A stretch of DNA of 64,000 nucleotides from an uncultured Solirubrobacteraceae bacterium (GTDB lineage: Bacteria > Actinomycetota > Thermoleophilia > Solirubrobacterales > Solirubrobacteraceae): assembly GCA_964588985.1 (NCBI GenBank), contig CAZPQW010000003.1, forward strand, positions 32,001 to 96,000, read 5' to 3'. This document shows positions 36,647-46,824 of the stretch, one piece after another. The position numbers and the translations under genes were made by a program. The notes beneath the pieces are model-generated. The model did no database searches. It had not been told where the DNA came from and was given only the letters and a program-made list of their open reading frames with translations. The stretch's first letter is position 1. Each line of letters begins with the position of its first letter.

Positions 36647-37387
36647 ATGAATCGCATCAGAGTAATTGGGCTCGCACTGATCGCCGTGTTCGCGTTTGGC
36701 GCAGCCGCAGCCTACGCTACGGAAGGGCCGTGGTGGCAGGTTGGGGGCAAAAGACTTGCTGCGGGCGCAGAAGCCTTACTGTTAGCGTCAGCCAAGGAAA
36801 AGTTTGTCCTCAAATCTTCGTCTCCCACCAAAACGACAATCATTTGTACCAAGTTGACCCTGCCGGTCGCTAACGAGATGCAAATCATTGGGTTAGCGTC
36901 TGGGAATGGCGGCATAAGCCTAGAGGTTCTCGAATACAAAGAATGCGAAGTGGAAAACAACGGGACTGGATGTGAAGTCGAAAACAAATCGATCAAAACG
37001 TCCTTAATTCTGAACTTACTTGGATATGGAAACGAAGGCAAGACCGGCAACGTGTTAGTGCTTTTTGAGCCGGCGACTGGTAAAGTATTTACTACTATCA
37101 AATTTGTAGGGTCATGTACCGTGACTTCGCTTCCGGTGTTGGGAAGTACGATTGGCTTGGCTAGAGTAGGTGAAGAACCGGTTCCGATCGGTAATAAAAC
37201 CGAAACGCTACATGGGGAAGTTGCCTTCCCGCATGCTGAAACTATCTTTATTGAAAGAAATAAAATACTGAAAAGCGTGAAAGCAAAACTCGAAGCTGCC
37301 ACCTTCCCAGCCACGTTGAGTGGTGTGGCGTTATTGTTAGTAGATTTACTTGGTGGGCCCGCGAATCCTTGGGGTGTATTTAGCTAG
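36647..37387 (+). CDS. small secreted Cys-containing beta-rich protein (cassette C gene 1)
   Basis: AAGGAG RBS; signal peptide VIGLALIAVFAFGA similar to that of 17068; 4 Cys; low GC. Confidence 0.85.
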   Translation: MNRIRVIGLALIAVFAFGAAAAYATEGPWWQVGGKRLAAGAEALLLASAKEKFVLKSSSPTKTTIICTKLTLPVANEMQIIGLASGNGGISLEVLEYKECEVENNGTGCEVENKSIKTSLILNLLGYGNEGKTGNVLVLFEPATGKVFTTIKFVGSCTVTSLPVLGSTIGLARVGEEPVPIGNKTETLHGEVAFPHAETIFIERNKILKSVKAKLEAATFPATLSGVALLLVDLLGGPANPWGVFS

Positions 37388-37466
37388 TGGGATAGTCGGT
37401 GGTGTGGAGTCGTGGTATGCCGTGCGGCTCCGCACCCGTTTAGGTTCATGCGCAAGGGAGTGTGTG

Positions 37467-39710
37467 ATGAGGGGATCGCTTGCAGCGCTGCGTGGTGTAG
37501 TCGGTGTTTTGGCTTTGGCATTTGTGTTGGGATTGATGGGCGTCGTGGAGGAGAGAGCCGTGGCTTCGCCGGGCTGTGCGAACACCGGATATGAAGGGTT
37601 TGAGGAATTGCTTCCTGGGTGTGGAGCGTATGAGCGCGTCACCCCACCGTTCAAGGCTGGGTCTCAGGTGCTGACTCGCGCGATATCCGGAGACGGCTCT
37701 CGTGTTGTGACCGAATCGACTGGTATCTTCGCGGGAGAGGAAGGGGATAGCAGGACCGCGTTCTATGAAAATGTGCGGTCGGGGGCTGGATGGGTGACAG
37801 CGGCGCTCGATCCATCGTCGCTCTCGTACCCTGCTCAAGAACTGGAAGACGTGAGTGCGGATTTGAGTCGTAGCCTCTGGGTCCTGCGCAGTCCCGCGGA
37901 ATCGGCCGCGAGTGAGAATTTGGCTATACGTGAACCGGACGGATCGTTCGTGACTATCGGGCCTATGGTGCCGCCAGCGGAGGCAGCAGGCCCGGAGGCG
38001 GGGGAAACACAGGGGTTCGCCGATGCCACGGAGCTGCAATATGCGAGTGCTACGTCGAATTTGTCACGCGTGTTCTTTGAGATCCGGGGCGCCGGGCCAA
38101 AATGGCCCGGCGACACCACGCAAGCCAACAATGGCACGGAGTCGCTGTATGAGTACGTGGATAAAGGCGAAACGGAACCAAGACTCGTAGGCGTCAACGG
38201 GGAAGGGCTGCTGATCAGCAACTGTGGCTCGGCGCTTGGATCCATCGATCTCAGTGGCCTAGAAACGGCAGACGGATATAACGCAGTATCTGAAGACGGC
38301 GAAAGTGTTGCCTTCACGGCCGCGGGTCATCAGGGAGGGAACGGATGTAAAGCAACCAGTAATGCGCCTGAAGTAAATGAACTGTATGTGCGAGTGGGAC
38401 TTGATGCGGGGGCTCGTACGGTGGCGATCTCTGAGCCGACAGCGCTGGATTGCGTTGTGTGTCAGTCGTCCGCTACGCAGGCCAGCGCCGAATTTCAAGG
38501 TGCTTCAAAGGACGGGTCGGAGGTGTTCTTCCTCACAGAACAAGAACTATTTAAAGAAGCAACTGGCAAGAACTTGTATGAGTACGATTTTGATAATCGG
38601 CCGGGCCATAAGATCATCCGCGTGTCGGTTGGAGCCAAGGAACCTGAAGTTCTAGGTGTAGCGCGGGTTTCTGAGGACGGTTCGCATGTCTATTTTGTCG
38701 CGCAGGGTGCGTTGACAGTCGGTCCGAACGCGGAAGGAGCCGAACCCATACCAGGCGAGCCGAACTTGTACGTGTTTGAGCGCGATACTACCTACCCAAC
38801 AGGTCATCTAACCTATATCGCAACGCTATCCGCCGAAGATCATGCAGATTGGAGCGAAACGGATAACCGTCCAGTGCAAGCAACGCCGGATGGTCGGTTC
38901 GTGGTGTTTCAAAGCCTAGCGGATTTGACTTCAGGCGATGCGAGCTCCGTCACACAGGTGTTTGAGTACGATGCACTGAAAGAAGAACTAGTGAGGGTGT
39001 CGATAGGTGAGCCAGGGTACGCGGCAGGACAGCAAAGCGCAGAACAGAGCGCGTCAAGGATCCCTAGACAGCGGTTTTTCAAAGCAGTCTCTGTGGCACA
39101 AGCGACAAGTAACGTGGCGATCGCGGAAAATGGGTCGGTGGTGGTATTTGGGAGCAGAGGGGGGCTGACGGCACAGGCTGCGCCAGCAAGCGAAGCAGGT
39201 AGTGAAAGTCTGTATGAGTATCGGAGTAGCGGTGGTATGATCTCGCATGGAAAAGTGTACCTGCTCGACGGAAGTCCTGGATTCAATGCGATTGCGGTCG
39301 GAACAGATGCTTCGGGATCAGATGCATGGTTGTCGACGGAAGCGCCGTTGGTGCCTTCGGACAGTGATACTCAGGTTGATTTGTTCGATGTGCGAGATGA
39401 TGGCGGGTTTGCGCGCGTGATAGAAGGTGATTGCAGGAAGGCGCTGGGTGGGTGTCACGGTGTAGATGGGGAAATCCCGAGTTTTGGGGGAGTTGAAAGT
39501 CTGGGTGTGCCGGAAGGCGAAGCGCCAGTAATGCCTCTGCGGTCGGCGCCTACCTTGGGGCCGGTGTCGGGGTCGAGGAATGCGCGGAGGCTCGCTAGAG
39601 CCTTGAAGGCCTGTGGGAGAAGAAGGCCTGGTCGAGAGCGGCGCGCTTGCGAAGCATCTGCTCGGCGACGATTCAGAAGTGTGAAGGTGACGAAAGCGCG
39701 AGGTGAGTGA
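37467..39710 (+). CDS. secreted TolB/WD40-like beta-propeller protein with basic tail (cassette C gene 2)
   Basis: LPGCGAYERVTP N-motif; SEDGESVAF, SKDGSEVFF, SEDGSHVYF, TPDGRFVVF blades; tail RALKAC...C...ARRRF; start ATG 37467 after AAGGGAG. Confidence 0.82.
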   Translation: MRGSLAALRGVVGVLALAFVLGLMGVVEERAVASPGCANTGYEGFEELLPGCGAYERVTPPFKAGSQVLTRAISGDGSRVVTESTGIFAGEEGDSRTAFYENVRSGAGWVTAALDPSSLSYPAQELEDVSADLSRSLWVLRSPAESAASENLAIREPDGSFVTIGPMVPPAEAAGPEAGETQGFADATELQYASATSNLSRVFFEIRGAGPKWPGDTTQANNGTESLYEYVDKGETEPRLVGVNGEGLLISNCGSALGSIDLSGLETADGYNAVSEDGESVAFTAAGHQGGNGCKATSNAPEVNELYVRVGLDAGARTVAISEPTALDCVVCQSSATQASAEFQGASKDGSEVFFLTEQELFKEATGKNLYEYDFDNRPGHKIIRVSVGAKEPEVLGVARVSEDGSHVYFVAQGALTVGPNAEGAEPIPGEPNLYVFERDTTYPTGHLTYIATLSAEDHADWSETDNRPVQATPDGRFVVFQSLADLTSGDASSVTQVFEYDALKEELVRVSIGEPGYAAGQQSAEQSASRIPRQRFFKAVSVAQATSNVAIAENGSVVVFGSRGGLTAQAAPASEAGSESLYEYRSSGGMISHGKVYLLDGSPGFNAIAVGTDASGSDAWLSTEAPLVPSDSDTQVDLFDVRDDGGFARVIEGDCRKALGGCHGVDGEIPSFGGVESLGVPEGEAPVMPLRSAPTLGPVSGSRNARRLARALKACGRRRPGRERRACEASARRRFRSVKVTKARGE

Positions 39711-42700
39711 TATGCAGCAACGCGTGAAGCGTCGCGGCTTGGGCTTTGGGGTGTTTGTGCTAGCGGGTTTTGCCCTTCTGGCCGTATCTCCGGTAAATTC
39801 GTGTGCATCGGGAGGGGTAGCGTGGGGGGTGCATGGTGTGGCGTTGCCATCTGAGTTTGTTGCGGGCCCAGGCGATAGATATGGGCTATTGGTAGCGAAC
39901 GTCGGTGACACGGGAGGGAGTGGTACGATAACTTTGCGAGATCATTTGCCTGAGGGGCTGGCCATGGTGAGTTTTGAATCGCGATCGGGGTTGGAAGGTG
40001 GGAGCTGGCTGTGCGGTGAAACCGAACCATCAGTCGTTACATGCACGTTTGAAGAACTGTTGCCGGCAGGTGTTTATGCGCCAGAGCTTGAGATAGAAGT
40101 ATCTGCGCCGAGTGAAGAAGGCGCTTCACTGGAAAACCAGGTCATCGTCAGTGGTGGAGGCGCAAGCATCCCGGTTTCGACGGTCGAGAGGACGCCGGTT
40201 GGCAACGCACAGCAGGCGTTTGGGATATTGGAGTTCAGCATGGAAGCCCGAAATGCAGACGGATCGGTAGCGGTGCAGGCTGGTGGGCATCCGTGGCAGG
40301 TAACGACGAGTATTGGGTTTCCGTGGACGGTCGCGACATCCACCGGGGAAGGCCTTCATTACTCGCAGGTGCAGAATATGAAGAAACTTGCAGTGGAACT
40401 ACCGGCGGGGATGGGGGGAAATCTGCTCGCGACACCGGAACGGTGTACTCAGGTTCAGCTGCATGGTGGCATATGTCCGGCATCGAGTCGTGTCGGCTCG
40501 ATCGCGTTGACCGCAGGGCAATATCCATACGCGGAATTTCGAGATTCTGGTGAAGGAGAACCGTCGCCTGTGTTCAATATGGTGCCCGAGCCGGGATATC
40601 CCGGGCAGCTTGGGTTTACCTATCTACAGCAGCCTGTCTATGTCGATGCGACGGTTGTGCACAGCAATGCCGGAGAGCGTGTTCGGCTAACGGTCGTCAG
40701 TGTGCCCGCCATCCTCGAAGCGGGGGATGTGGTACTCACCGTATGGGGTGAGCCTGGCATGCTGAACGGGAGTGATTCAGAGGAGGCTTTGATCACGAGC
40801 CCGACTACGTGTAGCGAAGGGACATTGACCGCACGCCTGGAAGCAGAATCTTGGGGTAGCCAAGGTCACCCAGCAGTGGCCGAAGCGCCCGTGTATAAGA
40901 AGATTACAGGGTGTGAATCGCTGTTGTCTCCGTTCACGCCACAGGTCGCGCTCTCTCCGCTAGCTAGCAGTGGGGAACCGTTGACGCAAATGGCTGCTGA
41001 CACTCCGTCAGGCGTCTTGGGCATAGCTAGTATTCCACAGACTACCGCGTTCGGCGAAAACGCCGTGGCGAACGTAAGAAATGTGAGCGTGACCCTACCC
41101 CAGGGCCTCTCGATATCGCCCGCGGTCGCACAGGGCCTCGTGGGCTGCCAGGAACGCGGCCCGCACGGCATCAACCTGGGCACCTCGCGCATAGGTCCCG
41201 GCGGAGTTGATGAAGGCAACTCGGAAGCAACGGAATTCGGTGCGGGCCACGTGGGCGGGAACGGCAGCCCCTACGACGACGGCCAGTACCACGCCGCGCC
41301 GGGGCACTGCCCGCAGGAATCGATCATCGGCACGGTCGAAGTGTTCACGCCGCTCCTGGAAAACCGCTGTGGCGGAGGAAGACGCGTGTGCGAACAAGGC
41401 GAATCGCCGGCGCCTCTTCAGGGTCGCGTGTTTGTTGCGCAGCCACAGTGTGGCGGAGCCGGACAAGCTGCGTGCACGGGCGCTGATGCCGAAGACGGCG
41501 TGCTGTTTTCCGGATACGTCGAACTGTCCGGCGACGGAGTGTTGATAAAGGAGCGTGCCACGATCTCAGTGAGTCAGGCTACCGGTCAGATGTCGCTGCA
41601 GTTGCGGGAACTCCCGCAGCTTCCATTCAGCGAAGTAAAGGTCAGTGTCGAAGGCGGCCCACGCGCTCCGCTCGCGACGCCACAGGCATGTGGGACGGCG
41701 ATGACGACCTCGGCGGTCACCTCGTGGAGCGCGAGCAGCGGCGAAGCGTTCGTCCCAGTGCCGAGCTTCTTTACCGTTGACGCTGACGGTGCAGGCCGTA
41801 GCTGTCCCGCTGTCTGGTCCTTCACGCCAGGGTTCACAGGCGGCAGCACCTCTAAGACGGCTGGCGGGTTCACACGCTTCATGACGACGTTCACGCGTCA
41901 GGACCGCGAACAGAACGTGACAGGCCTCTCGGCTAGCACGCCGCCCGGGCTCCTAGCGATGATCTCGAGCGTGACGCCATGCCAAGAACCACAGGCCTCC
42001 GCCGGGGAATGCCCCGAATCGAGTCTGATCGGGCACGACACCGTCGGCGCAGGCTCAGGCCCCGACCCGTACTACGTCGCCGGGAAGGTCTACCTGACAG
42101 GCTCCTACAAGGGCGCCCCGTTCGGGTTGGATGTCGTCACGCCTGCGGCCGCGGGACCATTCAATCTCGGGAACATCCTGGTCCGGGCGAAGATCGACGT
42201 GAACCCGAGCACCGCCCAGGTCACCATCACAGGAGATCCGATCCCGCAATCTCAACTGGGGGTTCCGCTGCGTCTGAAAGCGCTGAACGTAACGATCGAC
42301 AGAGAACACTTCGTGATCAACCCTACGAACTGCGCCCAGCAGCACGTGACCGCTGTCGCGACGGGCAATCAGGGCGCCACGGCCAGTCTGTCATCGCCCT
42401 TCGCGGTAACGGGCTGCCCAGCTCTGCCATCAAGCCCCGTCGTGAAGGTCTCCACTGTGGGGAAGGCAAGCAAACGCAGCGGCGCTCAGCTCACCTTCAC
42501 GCTGACCCACGCCGCGGGACAGGCGAACATAAAGTCGATCAAGACGGATCTGCCCAGGCAGTTGCCGTCGCGATTCTCGACGCTGCAGAAAGCGTGTCCG
42601 GACACCGTGTTCAACGCGAATCCCGCCAGCTGCCCGGCGGGATCGCTAGTCGGCACCTCGGTTGCCCACACGCCGATCCTCAAATCGCCGCTTACCGGCC

Positions 42701-43062
42701 CCGCCTACCTCGTGAGTCACGGGGGGGCGGCATTCCCGGACCTCGTCCTCGTGCTCCAGGGCGAAGGCGTCACCATCGAGGTGGTCGGCAACACCGCTGT
42801 CAAGCACGGCATCACGAGCGAGACCTTCAAAACGATCCCGGACGCTCCATTCACGAGCTTCACCGCGACGTTCCCGCAAGGGCCGCACTCGATCCTCGCG
42901 ACCTACCTTCCCGCCAAGGCCAAATACAACCTCTGTGGGCAGAACCTGAAGATGCCCATCCGCATAACTGCGCAGAACAACAAGCTCACCGCTGAGACCG
43001 TCAAGATCGGTATCGCGGGCTGCAAGCACAAAACGAAAGCCAAGAAGGCCAAGAAACACTGA
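39703..43062 (+). CDS. large secreted protein: DUF11-like Ig domain + four Cys-containing repeats (cassette C gene 3)
   Basis: QAGGHP; LPAG..GN...C...CP..S.VG repeats; GPFNLG; NPTNC; LPSRFSTLQKAC; Lys-rich end. Confidence 0.85.
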   Translation: MSDMQQRVKRRGLGFGVFVLAGFALLAVSPVNSCASGGVAWGVHGVALPSEFVAGPGDRYGLLVANVGDTGGSGTITLRDHLPEGLAMVSFESRSGLEGGSWLCGETEPSVVTCTFEELLPAGVYAPELEIEVSAPSEEGASLENQVIVSGGGASIPVSTVERTPVGNAQQAFGILEFSMEARNADGSVAVQAGGHPWQVTTSIGFPWTVATSTGEGLHYSQVQNMKKLAVELPAGMGGNLLATPERCTQVQLHGGICPASSRVGSIALTAGQYPYAEFRDSGEGEPSPVFNMVPEPGYPGQLGFTYLQQPVYVDATVVHSNAGERVRLTVVSVPAILEAGDVVLTVWGEPGMLNGSDSEEALITSPTTCSEGTLTARLEAESWGSQGHPAVAEAPVYKKITGCESLLSPFTPQVALSPLASSGEPLTQMAADTPSGVLGIASIPQTTAFGENAVANVRNVSVTLPQGLSISPAVAQGLVGCQERGPHGINLGTSRIGPGGVDEGNSEATEFGAGHVGGNGSPYDDGQYHAAPGHCPQESIIGTVEVFTPLLENRCGGGRRVCEQGESPAPLQGRVFVAQPQCGGAGQAACTGADAEDGVLFSGYVELSGDGVLIKERATISVSQATGQMSLQLRELPQLPFSEVKVSVEGGPRAPLATPQACGTAMTTSAVTSWSASSGEAFVPVPSFFTVDADGAGRSCPAVWSFTPGFTGGSTSKTAGGFTRFMTTFTRQDREQNVTGLSASTPPGLLAMISSVTPCQEPQASAGECPESSLIGHDTVGAGSGPDPYYVAGKVYLTGSYKGAPFGLDVVTPAAAGPFNLGNILVRAKIDVNPSTAQVTITGDPIPQSQLGVPLRLKALNVTIDREHFVINPTNCAQQHVTAVATGNQGATASLSSPFAVTGCPALPSSPVVKVSTVGKASKRSGAQLTFTLTHAAGQANIKSIKTDLPRQLPSRFSTLQKACPDTVFNANPASCPAGSLVGTSVAHTPILKSPLTGPAYLVSHGGAAFPDLVLVLQGEGVTIEVVGNTAVKHGITSETFKTIPDAPFTSFTATFPQGPHSILATYLPAKAKYNLCGQNLKMPIRITAQNNKLTAETVKIGIAGCKHKTKAKKAKKH

Positions 43063-43110
43063 GCCGCGCGACCGGGGAGCAACCTGGATCGACCAGCTAG
43101 CATCTCGCGC

Positions 43111-43914
43111 GTGACTCTCGTCCCGGTGGGCGACATCGAGCTGGACTACAAGCGCAGCGGCTCCGGGCCGCCGCTGCTCCTGATCATGGGCATGAGCGGC
43201 ACCCAGCTGCACTGGGGCGAGCCGTTCCTCGCACCGCTGCGCGAGCACTTCGAGACGATCGTCTACGACCACCGCGGAGTTGGAGCGAGCACACGGCTGG
43301 AGGGGCAGCTGTCGATCGCGCAGATGGCCGAGGACGCGGCCGGGCTGCTCGAGGCGCTCGAGATCGACTCGGCGCACGTGCTCGGTATCTCGATGGGCGG
43401 GATGATCGCCCAGGAGCTCGCGCTCGCGCATCCGGAGCGCATTCGCACGCTCACGCTTGGCTGCACCTACTGCGGCGGCGAGGGCAGCTCGCTGGCATCA
43501 GCCGAGGTCGGCCAGCGCCTGTTCGAAGCGATGAGCTCCGGCGACCGCAAGCTCGCTCTGCGCGTCGCGTGGGACATCAACGTGTCGTCCGCAATGGCCG
43601 AGGACGAGGCCGCGTTCGCGGAGTTCCTCGCAATCGCCGAGCGACGTGCGGTCGCGGTCCCTGTCGTGATGGCGCAGGCCCAGGCGATCGCCGCTCACAA
43701 CACCCAGGCGCGCCTGGCCGAGCTGAAGATGCCGACGCTCGTAGTCCACGGCACCGACGACCAGATGCTGCCGGTCTCAAACGGCCGCCTGATCGCCTCC
43801 GGGATACCGGACTCGCGCCTGGAGATCCTCGACGACGTGGGGCATCTGTTCTTCTGGGAGCGGCCCGATCTCTCCGCGGAGTTCCTCCGCGCGCACGCGG
43901 CAGTGCCCGCTTGA
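43111..43914 (+). CDS. alpha/beta fold hydrolase (3-oxoadipate enol-lactonase-like)
   Basis: YDHRGVG; GISMGG; VHGTDD; GHLF. Confidence 0.9.
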   Translation: MTLVPVGDIELDYKRSGSGPPLLLIMGMSGTQLHWGEPFLAPLREHFETIVYDHRGVGASTRLEGQLSIAQMAEDAAGLLEALEIDSAHVLGISMGGMIAQELALAHPERIRTLTLGCTYCGGEGSSLASAEVGQRLFEAMSSGDRKLALRVAWDINVSSAMAEDEAAFAEFLAIAERRAVAVPVVMAQAQAIAAHNTQARLAELKMPTLVVHGTDDQMLPVSNGRLIASGIPDSRLEILDDVGHLFFWERPDLSAEFLRAHAAVPA

Positions 43915-44759
43915 GCGAGATCGTCGTCCAGACGGACGGCGTCGCCCTGTCGGGCGACGACAGCGGTGAGGGCAGCGCCGTCGTCTTGCTGCATGGGCTG
44001 ACCGCCACGCGCCGCTACGTGACGATGGGCTCGCGCACCCTTGAGCGCGCCGGACACCGCGTGATCGCCTACGACGCCCGTGGACACGGGCGTTCCACTG
44101 CCGCGCCAGACCGCGCCTACGGCTACGAGCGCCTCTCGTGCGACCTCCGCGCGGTCCTCGACTCCACCGGCGTCGAGCGCGCGGTCCTCGCGGGCGTGTC
44201 GATGGGCGCACACACCGCCGTACGCTTCGCGCTCGAATCGCCGGAACGCGTGGCGGCGCTGGTGCTCATAACCCCCGCCTACGAACCGTCGTCATTGGGG
44301 GTCGAGTCGTATCTGGCCCGCTGGGACGAGCTCGCGCGAGGGTTGCGAGAGGAGGGGGTTGACGGGTTCGTGCGCGCCAACCACCTCGACACCCTGCCGG
44401 AGGCCTGGCGTGAGACGGTGGACGTGGCGCTGCGTCAGCGCATGTCCGGCCACGAGCACCTCGATGCGGTGGCAGATGCGCTGCAGGCGGTGCCGCGTTC
44501 GCGCCCATTCGAGGACATGGCGGAGCTCACGACCATCTCTGTGCCAACGGTGATCGTCGCAAGCCGCGACGAGGCGGATCCGCTGCACCCGCTCGCGGTC
44601 GGCGAACGCTACGCGCAGCTGATGCCCAATGCGGATCTCGTCGTCGAGGAGGCCGGCCCTCCGACGCACTCGCCGATCGCCTGGCAGGGCGGGCAGCTGT
44701 CGAGGCTGATCGCTGAGATCGCCTCGACAGCCGTAGGGAACCCCGACCAGCCGCTATGA
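43911..44759 (+). CDS. alpha/beta fold hydrolase
   Basis: LLHGLTA; YDARGHGRS; GVSMGA; TTGA overlap with upstream gene. Confidence 0.87.
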   Translation: MSEIVVQTDGVALSGDDSGEGSAVVLLHGLTATRRYVTMGSRTLERAGHRVIAYDARGHGRSTAAPDRAYGYERLSCDLRAVLDSTGVERAVLAGVSMGAHTAVRFALESPERVAALVLITPAYEPSSLGVESYLARWDELARGLREEGVDGFVRANHLDTLPEAWRETVDVALRQRMSGHEHLDAVADALQAVPRSRPFEDMAELTTISVPTVIVASRDEADPLHPLAVGERYAQLMPNADLVVEEAGPPTHSPIAWQGGQLSRLIAEIASTAVGNPDQPL

Positions 44760-46643
44760 GATGGCTTTGATCTCCAGGCTTTCCTGATTGGTGGCTTTGT
44801 CTGCCGCTTTGAGCCCCGTCCGTTCAGGCGCCGATGTCCCAATCGTCATACTGAGCAGCTCGGCTGTATCGCCTTCGAATGCTTCTGGTGTCTGTATGCC
44901 CGCTGTGGCTTTGAACGAGACAGTGAACGACGCCGCCATCTTGTTGAGCGTCGTGTAGGGGGCGATGACGCCGCCTGCGATGGATACCGGGACTTCGCCG
45001 CAGTGGAACCGGGCCATGTAGGGCTGCTCTAGCGGCGCGGGCGCAAGCGCCATGCCGACGGTCGGTTCGCTCCCTGCATTGATGAACCCGAGGCGCCCTT
45101 CGAGCGCGTTGAAGTTGACTTCACCGGCCTGCGCGCCTGCGCTCTGGCACTTGATGCCGAAGCGATTCACGGGTTCGCATCCAAGCAGTTTCAAATGCAC
45201 AGTTGCGGTTTTCGAGCCTGTGTATTTGCCGCTGTATGTGTTTTCGAGGCACTTGATCTTCACTTTGCCAACCGTTTCGAGCGTCGCCGCTCCGTTCTTG
45301 AACGTGAAGGAGCTCGCCGTGCCGGGTTCGAACCGCCATTCATAGGAGCCGGTGTCTTCTCCCGTGCTCTTGGTCGTGCAGTTGGCGCTCTGGTACTTGC
45401 CCGTCGGGCTTTTCAATTTGACGCATCTGCCGATTTCAGGCAGTTCTTCGACCGGCGGAGCGGTGGTGAAGCTCTGATCAAAGCCGGCGCTCACGCCCCC
45501 TTCGCTATCGGCCACGATGCGGAAGTGCTCTGTAGTGCCTGCTTTCAAGCCTGCTACCGCAGATGACACCATCACGGGGCTGGTGCCCGAGCCGGGTAGC
45601 GACGCGCACGGCGCGGTCGATCCGTAGGACGGTGACGTGCCGTATTCGAAGATGCACGAGGTCACGTTGCCACCTTCCGGGTTGACCGTCGCATTCAGGG
45701 TCGCGGACGATCGCGTCACGCCGCTCGCCGCTTCGGTCACAACGGCCGGAGGGTTGACCGACGGTTTGTAGGTGATCTGCACCTGTGGTTCGGTCGTCGG
45801 GGACGTAAGGGTCACGCTGCCGCCAGTCGGCACCAGCGACGAGCCGCCTCCACCTCCTCCACTGCTGGCGGCGGAGGCGCCGGAGCCGCCTCCGCCGCCA
45901 AAGTATCCTCCGCCTCCGCCTCCGCCGGTGTCGAGGTTGCAGGTTTCACCGTTGAAGCCGTTGCCGCCTCCGACGCCTCCCATTTCAAGCTGGCCAGCCT
46001 GACCAAAGCCGCATCCGATGGTACCGCCCGCGCCGCCGCTGCTCTGCGTGCCGGCACCGCCACCCTCGTTCTGACAGCTGCCCGCTTCGCCGGCTTGTTC
46101 CGCCGCTCCGCCGGCGCCCCCGACGCAGCCCCCGTTCTGTCCGCTGCCGCCGCCACCGCCCGCAACCAGCATCCTGTCGTCGGGCGAGAGGCCCTGCGCT
46201 CGCGGCGAGGTGCGTACGTCTGAGGCTCCTCCACCGCCGGCGCCGCCGGCGGCCCCGCCGTTGAAGCCGCCGCCACCGATGCCGCCACCGTCGGGGTTTC
46301 CGTTCTGCCCGTTACCACCGACCTCGACATAGAGTGTCTCGCCCGGGGTGACATGGATGGTGCCCGTCACCTGCGCCGCTGCGCCGCCGGCCCCTGCCGC
46401 ACTGCCTCCGTGGCCGCCGATCGCGGCGACTTCCAGGCTGGTAACGCCCGCCGGCACGGTGAACGTCTGCTCGGCGCCGGTATAGCTGAAGGCTTGGGTG
46501 GTCGCCTGCGCGCCAGAGGGCACGATCAGGAGACAGGCGAGCGCGCACAGTGCGCCCATGGCCGCGGTCGAGGGGTTGTGTGTCTTCCTGCGCTCTCTGG
46601 CCGCTACGGCCGAAGGACGTGCTGCAGTTCCCGAGACCTTCAT
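44754..46643 (-). CDS. secreted protein: glycine-rich domain + FN3-like domain + C-terminal domain resembling cassette gene-1 proteins
   Basis: FSYTGAEQTFTVPAGV...GGGGASDVR...LVAGGGGG (Gly_rich_2-like); SATLNATVNP...FEYGT..YG; start ATG 46643 after GAGGTGGAG. Confidence 0.8.
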   Translation of the reverse strand: MKVSGTAARPSAVAARERRKTHNPSTAAMGALCALACLLIVPSGAQATTQAFSYTGAEQTFTVPAGVTSLEVAAIGGHGGSAAGAGGAAAQVTGTIHVTPGETLYVEVGGNGQNGNPDGGGIGGGGFNGGAAGGAGGGGASDVRTSPRAQGLSPDDRMLVAGGGGGSGQNGGCVGGAGGAAEQAGEAGSCQNEGGGAGTQSSGGAGGTIGCGFGQAGQLEMGGVGGGNGFNGETCNLDTGGGGGGGYFGGGGGSGASAASSGGGGGGSSLVPTGGSVTLTSPTTEPQVQITYKPSVNPPAVVTEAASGVTRSSATLNATVNPEGGNVTSCIFEYGTSPSYGSTAPCASLPGSGTSPVMVSSAVAGLKAGTTEHFRIVADSEGGVSAGFDQSFTTAPPVEELPEIGRCVKLKSPTGKYQSANCTTKSTGEDTGSYEWRFEPGTASSFTFKNGAATLETVGKVKIKCLENTYSGKYTGSKTATVHLKLLGCEPVNRFGIKCQSAGAQAGEVNFNALEGRLGFINAGSEPTVGMALAPAPLEQPYMARFHCGEVPVSIAGGVIAPYTTLNKMAASFTVSFKATAGIQTPEAFEGDTAELLSMTIGTSAPERTGLKAADKATNQESLEIKAIS

Positions 46644-46824
46644 CTCCACCTCCGCTCTAGACAGACGATCCAGTGCCCGCGTCGTGCGGGTACGTAAAAT
46701 GATGCAGCAGGTTACAGGATCCATATACCAGTCTGATTTCAGCACGTGGATCTAACGGTTGTGGAGTCCTAACCCTTGAGCGGTGGGCGTGCGCGGGTCG
46801 TAATATGCGATAACATACGGTCGT

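Noticed and set aside
17068-43062. Diversity-generating retroelement or invertase as the source of cassette variation
   Set aside because: No reverse transcriptase, recombinase, near-identical TR/VR pair or flanking inverted repeats seen in the window
45840-46400. Repetitive CCGCC/GCC tracts as possible CRISPR or tandem repeat
   Set aside because: They encode the poly-Gly domain of the 44754-46643 protein; no repeat-spacer periodicity
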